Assembly: GCF_009914755.1 (NCBI RefSeq)
Contig: NC_060929.1
Source: the human T2T-CHM13v2.0 reference genome, Homo sapiens
DNA: 64,000 nt
Direction: 5' to 3' (one strand)
In this document: positions 39,781 to 52,760 of the stretch, in pieces
Position numbering within the stretch: position 1 is the stretch's first letter
Layout of the letters: the number at the start of each line of letters is the position of its first letter
The notes under the pieces: generated by a model
Databases searched by the model: none
What the model saw: the letters and a program-made list of their open reading frames with translations, nothing else
Told to the model about the DNA's origin: nothing
Position numbers and translations under genes: made by a program

Positions 39781-40496
39781 TGAAATGGAAAAGTTCTCTG
39801 ACCCTATCGCAGGACGTGTGACAGGGGTATGGCTCATTTATTTGGTCACCATGCCCAAACCCCTTAAGGAATGAGGAGCATGCAGGTGAGCTGGGGTGAG
39901 TGCTTTTGAGCTCTGACCCCACAGCAGTGCTAGGGGTGTTGCAATGCTCTTTTAGCCCTGCTGTCTAGGGATGGCTTAAGTGTTAAACAGCTCAGTGAAG
40001 AGTCAGTGTGACAGCCTTTTTGAGTTCCTGCACCCAGTGGGTCCTGAATTCTTGTCCAGCATCCAAGAAGAATCCAGATGGTAAATGCAGGGATTTTACT
40101 GAGTGATGGAGGTGGCTTTCAGCAGAATGGGGAGCTGGAGAGGGGATGGAGTGGGAAGATGATCTTCCCCTGGAGTTTGGCTGTCCCAAGGCCTATCTCA
40201 TCTATGACTGTCCCCAGCTAAACTCCTCTCGACATTCTCCTCTCGACATTCAGATGCTTCCTCTCTTTTCTTCTTCTCTGCCTTGCTGCTCTGCTGCTCT
40301 GCCTTTCTGCTGCTCTTCTGCTCATGGAGCCTGGGGTTTGGGGTTTACGTGGGTACAGGATAGGGGGACATGGTGGGCCAAAATACAACATTTGGGCATG
40401 AAAACAAGAATGCCTGTTCTCATTTAGGGCTGCAGGTCCAGACTTGAGGGTGAGCCCTTGCCAGGGACCCTGCCCTCTAGCCTCCTGTTCGTATCA
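39781..40496 (-). mobile_element. LTR27/LTR28/LTR1-family ERV1 solo LTR
   Basis: Reverse complement begins tgatacgaacaggaggc...ccctcaagtctggacctgcagccctaaatgagaacaggcatt and ends ...ttccatttca. Confidence 0.75.
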
Positions 40497-40499
40497 AAG

Positions 40500-41500
40500 T
40501 ATCAAAGGACACTATCAAAAAGGTGAAAAGACAACCCACAAAATGGGAGAAAATCATATCTGCTAAGGATCTAGTATCCAGAATATATGAAAAATTCTTA
40601 CAACTCAACAAAAAAAAGATCAAAAACGTGGTTAAAAAATAGGCAAAGGACTTGAATGAAGATTTCCCGAAAGAAGATATACAAATGGCCAGTAAGCACA
40701 GAAAATAGTGCTCAATATTATTAATCATTAAGAAAACACAAATCAAAATCACAACAGGGTGCTACTTCACAGCAACTAAAATGTCTATAATCAAGAAAAC
40801 AAAAATTAACAAGTATTGACAAGGATGTGGAGAAATTGGAACTCTCATACATTGCTGACGGGAATGGAAAATAGTGCAGCCCCTGTGGAAGATAGTTTGG
40901 AGGTTCCTCAAAAAGTTAAACATGGAATTACCATATGACCCAGAAATTCTATTGCTAGGCTTATATATGAAAGAATTGAAAACAGATGTTCAGACAAAAA
41001 CTTGTGCATGAATGTTCCCAGCAGCACAATTCACAATATCCAAAAGGTCTAAGCAACCCAAATGTTCATCAACTAATGAATGGATGAATAAAATGTGGTA
41101 TATCTATGCAGAGGAATATTACAGTCATTAAAAGGAATAAAGTACCAGTACATGCTACAACATGAATGTCCTTCCAAAACATGATAAGTGAAAGAAGCAA
41201 GACACAAAAGGCCATGTATTGTATGATTCTAGTTTTATGAAATGTCCATAATAGGCAAATCTATAGAGATGGAAAGCATATTAGTGGTTTCCAGGGGCTA
41301 GAATAAAGGGGCAATGAGGAGTGACTGCTTAAGGAGCCTGGGGCTTCCTTATATGGTGATGAAAAATGTTCTGGAACTAGATAGTGGTGATGTTTGCATA
41401 ATCTTGTGAATGTACTGAAAACCACTGAATTGTACACTGAAAAATATTTAAAATGGTAAATCTTATGTTATGTGAATTTTATCTCAATTAAAAAATAAAT
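40500..41500 (+). mobile_element. L1MB-type 3' end
   Basis: ORF2 C-terminal motifs and 3'UTR ending 'atgtgaattttatctcaattaaaaaataa'. Confidence 0.9.
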
Positions 41501-44186
41501 AAGCCACATAGAAGCTCCAGGAACATTTTGGTTAATTCTAGGGAAGCCCAATCTTTGCAAATGACTATTCATGGAGAGGCAATCCAGTGTTATGGGTGAT
41601 GTCTAGAGAATATGTCACCAGCCCAGTTTCTGTAAAGCATAGTTAGGCAACAGAGCCTCAAAAGTGTAACTCTTTTTTCTATTATTCCTGCTGTATTGTC
41701 AGACTACAATGTAGGAATCTGAAGCTGAGTAAAGGAAGACAGGAAAGGGAAACAAATTTCCAACATAAGAAACATAAATGCTCTGAAGCTGAGTTAAAGC
41801 CTGAATAATAAGAATTTGTCATAGTCAAAGAAAGTGCCAGGTATCAGACCTCAATATGGAACAAGCAGAGACAGCCTTATCATCCACCCCTTTTTTCTGT
41901 CATCTATAACTTCAAGTCCTTGGGCTTTACAGTACACACATCCTCAATCAAGCCAGCAATATACATGTATTTTATAATCTGAAAAGTTATTTGAATTTTG
42001 CCCAGATATTAGAAAGTTTCAGTGGTTGATTTCTTCTTCTCTCCCCTTTTCTAGTCACGGTTGAGATTTTTCTTTTTTAATTAGGAAAAACAAAATGGAA
42101 TTCAATACAGCTGAACCAGAAAGAAAGGCCATGGCAAGTGCTTTGACTAAATTTGATGGTGAAACTAATGATCCCATAATAACTGAATCTCTAATGATAA
42201 ACCACAGTTAAAGGCACTATATAAAAAGATTTTGTTTTTGTTTTTACCTGAAAACTCATTTGGCTAGACCACGTTAAGTTAAGGGTCATGAGTTCGGTGC
42301 TTACATGGGTCTCTTAGTTTCTCTCTTTCATGGCCTCAAACTGTCCCCTTAGGCAGCCATCTTGAAAACATCACCAGGTGAGTTTACCATCCAAACTGGA
42401 AGAAAGAACATATTCAAGTCTTTCTGTTTCCATTCTGTCCTCTAAGGAGCTAGAAGTCATCACTCCATACTAACAGCAAGTAAAAGGCTGAACAAACTGA
42501 AAAAATCAAGAACCCTTAACTCTCCTTAGATCCAAAAGAGAAGTGAGGTCACAGGGAAAATCATTGCTCTCAAAATTGGACAGAATGTTCTCTCCAGGTA
42601 AATATTGAGAATCTTAATTTAATTGGAGCAAAAACCTTAGAGCAGAAAACTGTGGGAACCAGTGCTAGGGTAGGAAAACCTAAATTATAATTGAAAAATT
42701 GTTGGAGGCTCAGTGTGGACAAGTCTGAGAGTTAAAAATTCTAGGGAGACTGAGGATTAGAGAGAGATCTCCTGTATTTTTGTGAGTTTTACCTCCAGGA
42801 GCTCAACCAGGTCTTCACAGTGAATAATGGTGAAAAATTATCTCATGCTTCCAGCCTGGGAAGGAGGAAGTAACCATTTTGAAAAATGCCAGGGGATTTT
42901 GTTCTTCTTAACAAGGCCTGCCCTCAGAATAACCTATTTTATGAGAGCCTAAACTATTGGGTTTTTTTTTTTTGTTTTTGCTTTTGCAGAGTTTAACTGA
43001 CCTAGGGGAAAGGAAATACTCAATTCCGGCCCCTTCTGGTCTTCCACGTGGGAAAAGGAAAATACGCAGTATCAACCCAACTACCCATCCTGCCCCACCT
43101 GAGGATGGGTCAGGGTGGGCTCACTAAAGATGATTCGTGAAGTTCACAGAGGCACAGGCTCACTGAACGATTGAGACCTAATCATAGGACTGTAGAACAC
43201 TACCCCCTCCTCACACCTTACTACCACCTTACTAAAGACCTATTAACAGCAGTTCCTCTTACCCAGTACATCATGTCTGGCTATCAAGGCATAATAAAAG
43301 CAAAAACACTGTGTGAAGAGAGAGCAAGCATCAGACACAGACTCGGATATGGGAAGGGTGCCAGAATTAGACTGAATTTAAAACAACTATGATTATTCTA
43401 CTAAGGGAAGTGATGGGTAAAGTAATCAATATACAAGAACAGATGGACAATGTAAGCACAGAGATGGAAATTCTAGAAAAGAATGAAAAAGAAATACTGG
43501 ACATTAAAATCACTGTAACAGAAATGAAGACTGTCTTTGATGGGCTCTTTTGTAGACATAAGTAGCTGGGGAAGGAATCCCTGAGCTTAAGGCTATCTCA
43601 ATGTAAATGTCCAAACTGAAAAGCAAAAAGAAAAAGATATGAAAAAACAAAATCACAGAACAAAATATCCAATTACTATGGGACAACTACAAAAGGTATA
43701 ACATACATGCAACGGAAATGCCAGAAGGAGAATGAAGGGAGAAAGGAACTGAAGAAATATTTAAACCAATAATGACTGAGAATTTCTCCAAATTAATGTC
43801 AAACACCAAACCAAAAATCCAGAAAGATCAGAAAACATCAAGCAGGATAAATGTCAAAATAAACTAGACCTAGAAGTTTACTGTATTCAAGCTGAAGAAA
43901 ATCAAAGATAAAAAAAATTCTTGAAAGTTGTCACTGGAAAAAAATATCTTACTGGTGACGGTAGAGGAACAAATATGAGAATTACATCTGAATTCTCAGA
44001 AATTTTGCAAGCAAAAATAGAATGGAGTGAAATATATAAAGTGTTGAGAGAAAAACCCAGCAATGTAGAGTTCTGTACAATGTGAAATTATCTTTTAAAA
44101 AGTGAAGGAGAAATGAAGACTTTCTCAGACAAAAATTGAGAGCATTTGTTGTCAGTGGAATTGCCTTGTAATAAATATTGAAAGAA

Positions 44187-44478
44187 GACTAGGTGCAGTG
44201 TCTCACACCTGTAGTTCTAGCACTTTAGGAGGCTGAGGTGGGTGGATTGCTTGAGCTTAGGAGTTCAAGATGAGCCTGGGCAACACGACGAAACCCTGTC
44301 TCTACAAAAAACATAAAAAATTAGCTGAGCATTGTGGCGCATGGCTGTAGTCCCAACTACTCAGGAGGCCGAGGCTGGGGGATCACTTGAGCCTGGGAGG
44401 TCAAGGCTGCAGTGAGCTGTGCTCATGTCATGGCACTCCAGCCTGGGCAACAGAGCGAGACCTTGTCAAGAAAAAAAA
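44187..44478 (+). mobile_element. AluJb-like
   Basis: 'ggattgcttgagc', 'aggtcaaggctgcagtgagc'. Confidence 0.95.
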
Positions 44479-44533
44479 TTATTCAGAGAGAGGGAAAATG
44501 ATATAGATCAGAAACTTAGATCTATATGAATAA

Positions 44534-44962
<429 letters not shown>

Positions 44963-45273
44963 AGATTATTTTGTTATTATAAAGTACACCATCCATGAAA
45001 TGGTATAGTGATATTTGAAAGTGGGCTTGGATGAGTCATAAATGTATACTGTAAATTCTAGGGCAACCGCTAAAAAAAGGAAAGAAGTATAACTGATAGG
45101 TTGAGAAAGGCAAGAAAATGGAATCACATAAAATGCTCAAAACCAGAAAAGGCAGAAAAAGAGTATAAGACAAGAATAGGAAAAAAGAACAAGGGCAACA
45201 AACAGAAAACAGTAATAAATATGGGAAATATTAATCCAGCTCTATCAGTAAGCACTTTCAATATCAATGGTCT

Positions 45274-46393
45274 AGGGCAGGAGGAGTGGCGGCAGCCAGG
45301 CAGCCCAGCATCAGGAAGGCTCTAGGCATGCTTCGGCCCACAGGCACCCAGCATGTATTTTCCATGTCAAGATGCCCAAGAGGAAGGGGAGCTCAACTGA
45401 AGGGATGGTGAAGGAAGAGCCCAAGAGGAGATTGGTGCAGTTGTCAACTAAACCTGCTCCTGAAAAAGTGGAAACAAGGCCAAAAAGGCAGCAGGAAAGA
45501 ATAAACCTTCGGACAAAAAAAAGTGCAAACAAAAGGGAAAAGGGGAGCAAAGGGAAAACGGGCTAATCTAAAAACCAAAGACCATTTACCTGCAGAAAAT
45601 GGAGAAACTAAACCAAGGAGAGTCCAGCCTCTGATGAAGCGGTAGAGAAAGAAGCCCGGTCTGATTAACATCATATACCATGTCTTACTAGTGGTCCCTG
45701 TCTCCCTTCTGGTACAATCCAGAGAAATATTTTTATTAACTATTTTGTAAATGCAAGTTTTTAGTAGCTGTAGGGACATTTTTAAGAAGGAGAGAATCCC
45801 ACCAGAAAATAGTATAGGATTTTGAATTACATAGGCTTTGATTGTCTCGGGTATCAGCTTAACATTCCATAGATTTTTTTTTTTTTTACTTGATAATACA
45901 AAGCATGCCAAGTGGCAATGTGGAGTCACAACCCTGATTTAATGTCCTGAACATTTTAAATTACTTCCGTTCCCCTGTTAGTTTCTTAATAGATTGTTTC
46001 CTAAAGAAAATCACTCCTTGATCATGACTCTCCCTCTCAGAAGTGTGTGCCCTCTGTAACATCTTTGGTTATGGTAGTCCCGTTTTCGTAAAAACTTTGT
46101 TAATGGGACAGATTGAAAATTTGAGTATGTAGTGTATATGATACCAAATTGTGAATTGGTGGGACTTATGTAACAGCTTATCAACATCGAAGACACTGGT
46201 ACTTGATATTTTCTTAAGGACTATTTGCCTCTAAATTTTAAGCTGTAAGGTCACTGGAATAACTGTTTAAAAAAGAATTACAATACATGGCTTTTTAGAT
46301 TTTCAGTATGTATGTTAAGAATTGTGTACAAATTGAAATGCCTGTGTACTGACCCTCAGCACAACCAATAAAATCTCCATTACAAAAAGTTCC
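45274..46393 (+). pseudogene. HMGN1P: Processed HMGN1 pseudogene (5'UTR, disrupted CDS 45372-45668, 3'UTR)
   Basis: MPKRKGSSTEGMVKEEPKRRLVQLSTKPAPEKVET...LPAENGETK...ESPASDEA.EKEA.SD* matches HMGN1; intronless; frameshifted; AATAAA at 46367-46372; 15 bp TSD CAATATCAATGGTCT (45259-45273 / 46394-46408). Pseudogene number unknown. Confidence 0.93.
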
Positions 46394-47415
46394 CAATATC
46401 AATGGTCTGAATGCACAAATTAAAAGATAAAGATATCAGAGTAGATATTTAAAAAAGATCTATAACTATATGTTATCTATAAGAAACCCACTTTACACAT
46501 TAAATAAGTTTATGGATTAAAAGTAAAGAGATGGAGAAATATTTGCCATGTAAATACTAACCAAAAGAAAGAAGGAGTAACTATGTATTAATTTTAGATA
46601 CAGCAGACTTCAGATCAAGGAACTTACCAGAGATAAAGAGGGGCATTATGTAATGACAAAGGGATAATTCTTCAAGATAACAATCCTTCATGTGTATGCA
46701 TCTAACAACACAGCATCAAAATACATGAGGAAAACACTAATAGAAATGCCAAGAGAAATAGATGAATCCACTATTATAGTTGGAGACTTTAACATCACTC
46801 TATCAGATATGACCAGATCTAGCAGGCAGATAATCACTAAGGACATATAGCCGAACTCAACAACACCATCTATCAATTGCATATAGTTGACATCTATAGA
46901 CTGCTTCATAATAGCAGAATTCACATTCTTCTGAAGCTCACATGGAAAACTCACCAATATTGACCACATTCTGGGCCATGAAACAAACCTTAAGAAACTT
47001 AAAATAATACAAATCATAAAACGGTTGCTTTCAGACCTCAGTGGAATTAAAACTACATATCACTAACAGAAAGATAGTTGGAAAATCTGAAAATATGTGA
47101 AGAACACACTTCTAAGTAACACTTGGGTCAAAGAAGTCTCAAGAAAAAGTTTAAAATATTTTTGAACTAAATGAGAATAAAAATGCAAGTTATCAAAATT
47201 TGTAGGATGCAGTAAAAGCAGCGCTTAGAAGGAAATTTACAGCCTTGAATGCATATATTAGAAAAGAAGAAAGTTCTAAAATCAATCATCTAAGCTTCCA
47301 CCTTAGGAAACTAGAAAAAGCAGAGCAAACTAATCCAAAATAAGCAGGAGAAAATAAATCATAAAATTGAAGATGACATTTAAAATAGGAAATCAGTAGA
47401 GAAGATAAAAAAAAT

Positions 47416-48240
47416 TCAGGCTCTGGTCGCCTCAGACACTATGAAACCCAAAGGCTGGAATGGCTAAGTCACCCAAACAGCAAAGCTAGCACCCCCACCC
47501 CCGCGGCCCCGCCCCGCTCTCTCTGGGCGTACCATGTTGGGGGAATTTAGATCTCCGTCCGTGGAGAGCTTGAGCCGGGCAACTGGAGGTCCCAGTTGGA
47601 AGGTCCTACCCAGTGAGGAGGAATGGGATCGGGCACCTACTTAAATCAGCAGCCTGGCCACGTTTTGGTAGAGCAGCTGTGCTGTGCTGGGGGATCCCTT
47701 CCACCCTGGATTGGCTCAGACTCTCCAAAGCCTGAAAGCTGGAATGACTAACGCATCCGAACAGCAAAGATGTCACCCCCTTGCCGAGCTTCTTTTTATG
47801 GGGCTGCAATGCAGCTATTGGTAGCTGGCTGGAATTCCAAGCCAGTGGGTCTTATCTTGTGAGATGCTGTGGAAGTAGGATCTTCGGGCTGTTGCTGCTC
47901 AGCTCCCGGGATTCAGGCTCTTTCCTAGAAATATGTGTGGGAGTCTAACCTCCCACTTTGCCAGAGCTGCAGCTACTTTTGCTGGAAAGCGGAAGTATCT
48001 AAGGCTCCAGGGTCTGCACGCAAGCCTGAGCTCTGCCGAAACTCCACCTAGCTCTGTCCCTCTGACTCAAGACTGAAGGCCCTGTTGGGTTCACAAGGAG
48101 ATCTCCTGACCCAAGAGTTGCGAAGATCTGTAGGAGAAACGTGGTTTTCCGGGGTCGCACATTTGCTCACCGCTTCCCTAGGTGGGGGAGGCTCCCCTGG
48201 CTTTGTGTCATTCCTGGGTGGGCCACTGTCCTGTCTTGCT
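47416..48240 (-). mobile_element. Internal fragment of a primate L1 (L1PA8-13-type) 5'UTR
   Basis: Reverse complement shares 'cagctgctcta.caaaac.t.gccag...cctcactgggt' with the L1 5'UTR at 53161. Confidence 0.7.
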
Positions 48241-48539
48241 TGTAAATACTGTTTTAACAGAGCATTCATACTGGGAAAACATGGAGTTAATAAGATTAAA
48301 ACCAGGCTATGATAGGGATAAGGCTTTCAATGTCTAGACATTTCTCATGATGCTTCTACAAAAAACCACCACAAAAGAAAAAAAAACCCAGCTATTAAAA
48401 TGCTAAAAATTTCAAGATTAATAAAAATTTTAAGAGATGAAATAAACAAAAAAGAAAAATCAAAAACAAAATAAAAGATACTAAGAAAATAATGAAAAGA
48501 TACTATCAACTTTGCATCAAGCAACCTCAGATAGGATTC

Positions 48540-48618
48540 TTTTTTTTTCTTTTATTATACTCTAATTTTTAGGGTACATGTGCACAACGTGCAGGTTAGT
48601 TACATATGTATACACGTG
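48540..48618 (-). mobile_element. Extremely 5'-truncated young L1PA (PA2-4-like) 3' tail
   Basis: 'ttattatactctaatttttagggtacatgtgcacaacgtgcaggttagttacatatgtatac'; attcttt on both flanks. Confidence 0.88.
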
Positions 48619-49249
48619 ATGAGTATTCTTTAGTTAAGTGGAGAGAGGAAAGAATTTTGTCTGAAACCACGAAATGAGTCTAAGTGAGAAAAAAGACTGG
48701 ACAGCCAAATCTCACTGGCTCCATACTACCTGAACTGTCTTCTGGAGCATTCCTTTTATTTATCTGCTGGAAACTTATGGGAAACATTATCTTACAGAAC
48801 ATTTTTTAAATATCCAAGATTTTAGAGACTGCTTGCTAAGATAAACCCTGATTTAGAATCCATGTGAGAAAATCCTTGAGGAACATAAGGAGCGATTGCC
48901 TGAGGGATTCTCTTGCATCTTTATCCAAAGGACTCAAAAAATCAAATTCAAAATCCATCTCTATTATCTTCACCTCTAATTAATATTGGAGTATCTAGAT
49001 TGCTATTTACTTCTCTCACAGACCCCTGGCAAATAATACATCACCCTAATTTCATAGAAACTACCCCACAGTTGAATTCCTCACCCATCTGATGTCTCAG
49101 CATTAGGATGTGAAGACTGAAAAAAATGGAAGAATACGGATCAAAAAAAAAAAAAAATCATTCTACTTACCCTAAGGCCAGTGTTTTAGTATTGCAGGGA
49201 GGTTCTATCATCCTTTAGTGCTCTTCTCTTGAGTGTTGTTGTTGCTGTT

Positions 49250-49410
49250 ATTCTTTTCTTTCTCTTTCTTTTCTCCTTCTCTTCCTCCTCCTCTTCTTCC
49301 TCCTGCTTCCCTTTCCTCTTTCTCCTTCTCCTTCCTCCTGCCCCTCCTCTTCCTCCTCTCCCATTCCCCCTCTCTCCTCCTCCTCTTTCTTATTCTTCTT
49401 CTAACCTTTC
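49250..49410. repeat. CT-rich low-complexity tract
   Basis: Direct reading. Confidence 0.95.
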
Positions 49411-52400
49411 TATTTAGTTTACCCCAAAATCATTCCAGTCCTAAGGACAGTTAAAGATATCTTGTTCCCATGGAGAAAGGAAGAATAAAATATGTAATAT
49501 CAGGGATATAACCTAATTTTACAAACAGAGTTAAAAGAATTACAGCTTGTGACATAATTTTTAAAACAACATATGTTCCCTCTGTAGTGATTACCCTTCA
49601 CCAGACGATCTTTGGTTATTCAGGGAATTATAATAACACTAAATCAATTTTCAAATATCATTGAGGCAGTTTGCTATTTGCCAGTTGAATTTCCTCATCT
49701 ACGTGGTTTCTGGGAGCTCCAGCAGTACAATCAGTTGGTGAGTGGTACTTTCACAAGGTTTCTTGGTCTTATTGGAGTTATCAGCCTGCAACCTTCAGGA
49801 ATCAAGGCCTCTTTGCTGGGCGTTAACCAGAAGTCTGGGTGGCAAATTGTGTGGCTCTGGGGTTTGTTGATGCTGGTTTGCATGAACAAGTTGTGTTAGC
49901 TCTAGGCCCAGTTGATGGTTTTGGTTATGCAATTACTTGAGCCCTGGTTTCTTCATCAATCAAGCAAGCCTCAAATTTCCTCCTCTTTCTCAGTTTTGTG
50001 ATTTTTGACATTAGCAGAATTTAAAATCCAGGATGGTTGCTAAGCAGTTTCATAAATGGAAACCACATTTGTCAAATGAGCTCCACACCAGGAAATTCAG
50101 CGAGAGGATTCCTGGGTATCCTCAGTCCTAGCCTGCCTAGCATCTCACGTGAATTGGAGTCTGTAATGTCCTCCCAGAGGGAACTGGATCTAGCCAGTAG
50201 GCACAAACATTCTTTTGGTCTTTCCAAAAATTTTCTGCAGAAAATGCCTATGGGACAACTCACTGTGAAGTTGAAATTATATGCAAGTGTGTATACAATT
50301 AAATTTCAAAATAAATGCCTTAGAATTGTGTGTGTTTGTTTTTTGCTAATTTGATGGTAAACATGAAAGCCCAAAGTGTCCTGGGAAAAGCTTTGTATTT
50401 TTCTTTAAGCCACAAATAGTCTAATTAGACTTGAAAGAATGCACTTCCAAAGCAAAATAAGACAAAATAGAACGTTCAAAGAGCCACATACCATAGTTTC
50501 AGAGATAACTAGAAATTGGGTCTATAAAGATAGCAATGCATTGCTATTGAGTTTGTCTCGCCCACTGTCTTCCACACTCCAGGCGGGAGGGCTACAGCAG
50601 CGTCTTATCGTCCTTGAATTTGTTGAATGAATGGCAGTGTCCAAAAGTGCGGAAAACCCCAGGCACAGAATGATACTAAGGGGATCTAAAGAGTTTCTTG
50701 GATGAAAATACTGGTGCTACTTGGGAAGATTTGAGAATATGATGGCTCTGAAAATGTACAATTGCTCTGCAATCTTACAGAATTTTTAGAGTCAACTTCT
50801 ATAAAGAGGGGACAAAACTATTTATAATAAGCACAGTTGAAAAAATACTGTGAAGCAGGAAAGATGGCCTTAGATGTTGTCACCTCCTATTTCTGGGAAT
50901 TCCTCACCATTCACGGTCCTCAAGATCACTCTACCCCCTTCCATGTCAAAGCCTGGTTTTAGGAAGGGATCTGGTAAATTCATCCTCCTGAGTTTCAGTA
51001 ACTGCAACAGTTTACTGCAGTAATACATTAAGTCATATTTCAATTGACAGAAAAGGCTTAATATACTGTAATAGTTATTCTGTTTACTTTTAAATAAACA
51101 TCAACACGTTAACCCAAGGTGGCATATTTCTAATTACAGAATTAAAAACATCAGAGCATGAGCGAAAGCAATTTTGTAAAGGAAACACTTTCAAAAAAAT
51201 TGGACTGTGTACTTCACCTATTTCACTTGTTTCTGAGGCTTGGTAATTGATTATCCAGTAATGTTTTGGCCTTCTTACATATTAAGAATAGTTAGTACAA
51301 ACAAAGCAAGGGGATGCCTATTATTAAAATAAGCAATCTCTAATGAACCCATGAATTCCACTGCAACTCTCTCAGCAGCTTGCTCAGGACCCAGGCTAAA
51401 TCAGGTACTCAAATACCAATCCCTGTTTTCAAAGAGGGAAGATTAAATTGCTTTTGGCTTTGTTCATGAAAACAGCCATTTTGCATTCATGGCACTGAAT
51501 AGATTCTTTATGATAATTAATGTAAGTTTTATATTTTTACAACAGTCCTTGGGCTGTGTTCTCATGAATATTTCCATTAAATAATTACCTCTTAGAAACG
51601 AAAGAGATCTTTTGTATTTTTTAGAACTGTGTTTATGGATACATTCTCCATGCCTCCCCTTTCCCATTCCTCTCGAAATTGCTTGTATCTAAGGAACTTA
51701 ATACCCTGTCATTATATGTTTAATTCATTTTAGGATATGTGTCCAGAAATATTTGTGCTATTGAGAGAATCACACTGGCCCTCTGAATACTGAGAGCTGG
51801 TCCCATTTCTGCGGATTTTCTTCTGTGTCTTGCACGTGTTGTAGACCTATAAACCTCCTGGCATACATAAGCCCACTCTTCTCATTTTGTTTGAGATGCA
51901 AAATTCCTAACAGGAAAGTAACCATTTCAGTAACCAATCTTAGAGGCTTGTTTGTCTTTTCTTTATAAATTCTTAACCTTTTCATGACTTAGCAGAAAGT
52001 ATGCAGGGCTCAGGTTAGGTCAACAACAGAGTCAAGGTTAACTACAAGAAAGTGACATGAGAAAAAATCCAACTAATCCAAACATGGAAACATCAATAGG
52101 TGACTTAGACCAACTATAACATTAGCCATCACCTCAGGTCCACTAGCACTTAATATATTTTGTTAATAGGCTCTAAGACTCTTAGAATCTGCTTTTCCTC
52201 TTTTCTTCAGAGTATGGATTTCATTGCTCTTAAAACATTGCATCTTCTGCTGGGAATAATTCTGTTCTTGGCCTCTGGAACAGCTCATAAATTATATCTC
52301 TGGAATTTTAGACTACAGCAGTTAGTGAAATGGTTTCCTATTCCCCTGGGAAGCCCAGGTAGGAATAGCTACTTACAAAAGTGATTAAGTGTGGAATTTT

Positions 52401-52688
52401 TGCTTTAGGCACAGAACAGGAGTCACCTCAAGAGCTTTTTTAGTTACATCTGCAGTTTTGTTTATTTTGGCTCTATCAATTTCTACATCTGAACAAAATA
52501 TAACTCTAAGCTATGTCACCAGGAAGAGAGAGATGGAGTCTCCTCCTGTGTCTGAATGAAGGGTACCTTCACATGTGGGATAAAGTCTTGTCCAAACACA
52601 CTTGGTGTCACTTCCATGCATAACTTCCTGCTCAGGGTTTGTCAGGTTAATTTAACCTCAGAGGATTCTAATGCTTCCAAATGAGGGG

Positions 52689-52758
<70 letters not shown>
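52689..52758. repeat. A18 followed by (TA)26
   Basis: Direct reading. Confidence 0.97.

Positions 52759-52760
<2 letters not shown>

Noticed and set aside
45372-45566. HMGN1-like ORF as a functional gene
   Set aside because: Frameshifted, nucleosome-binding core mutated, intronless and flanked by a TSD.
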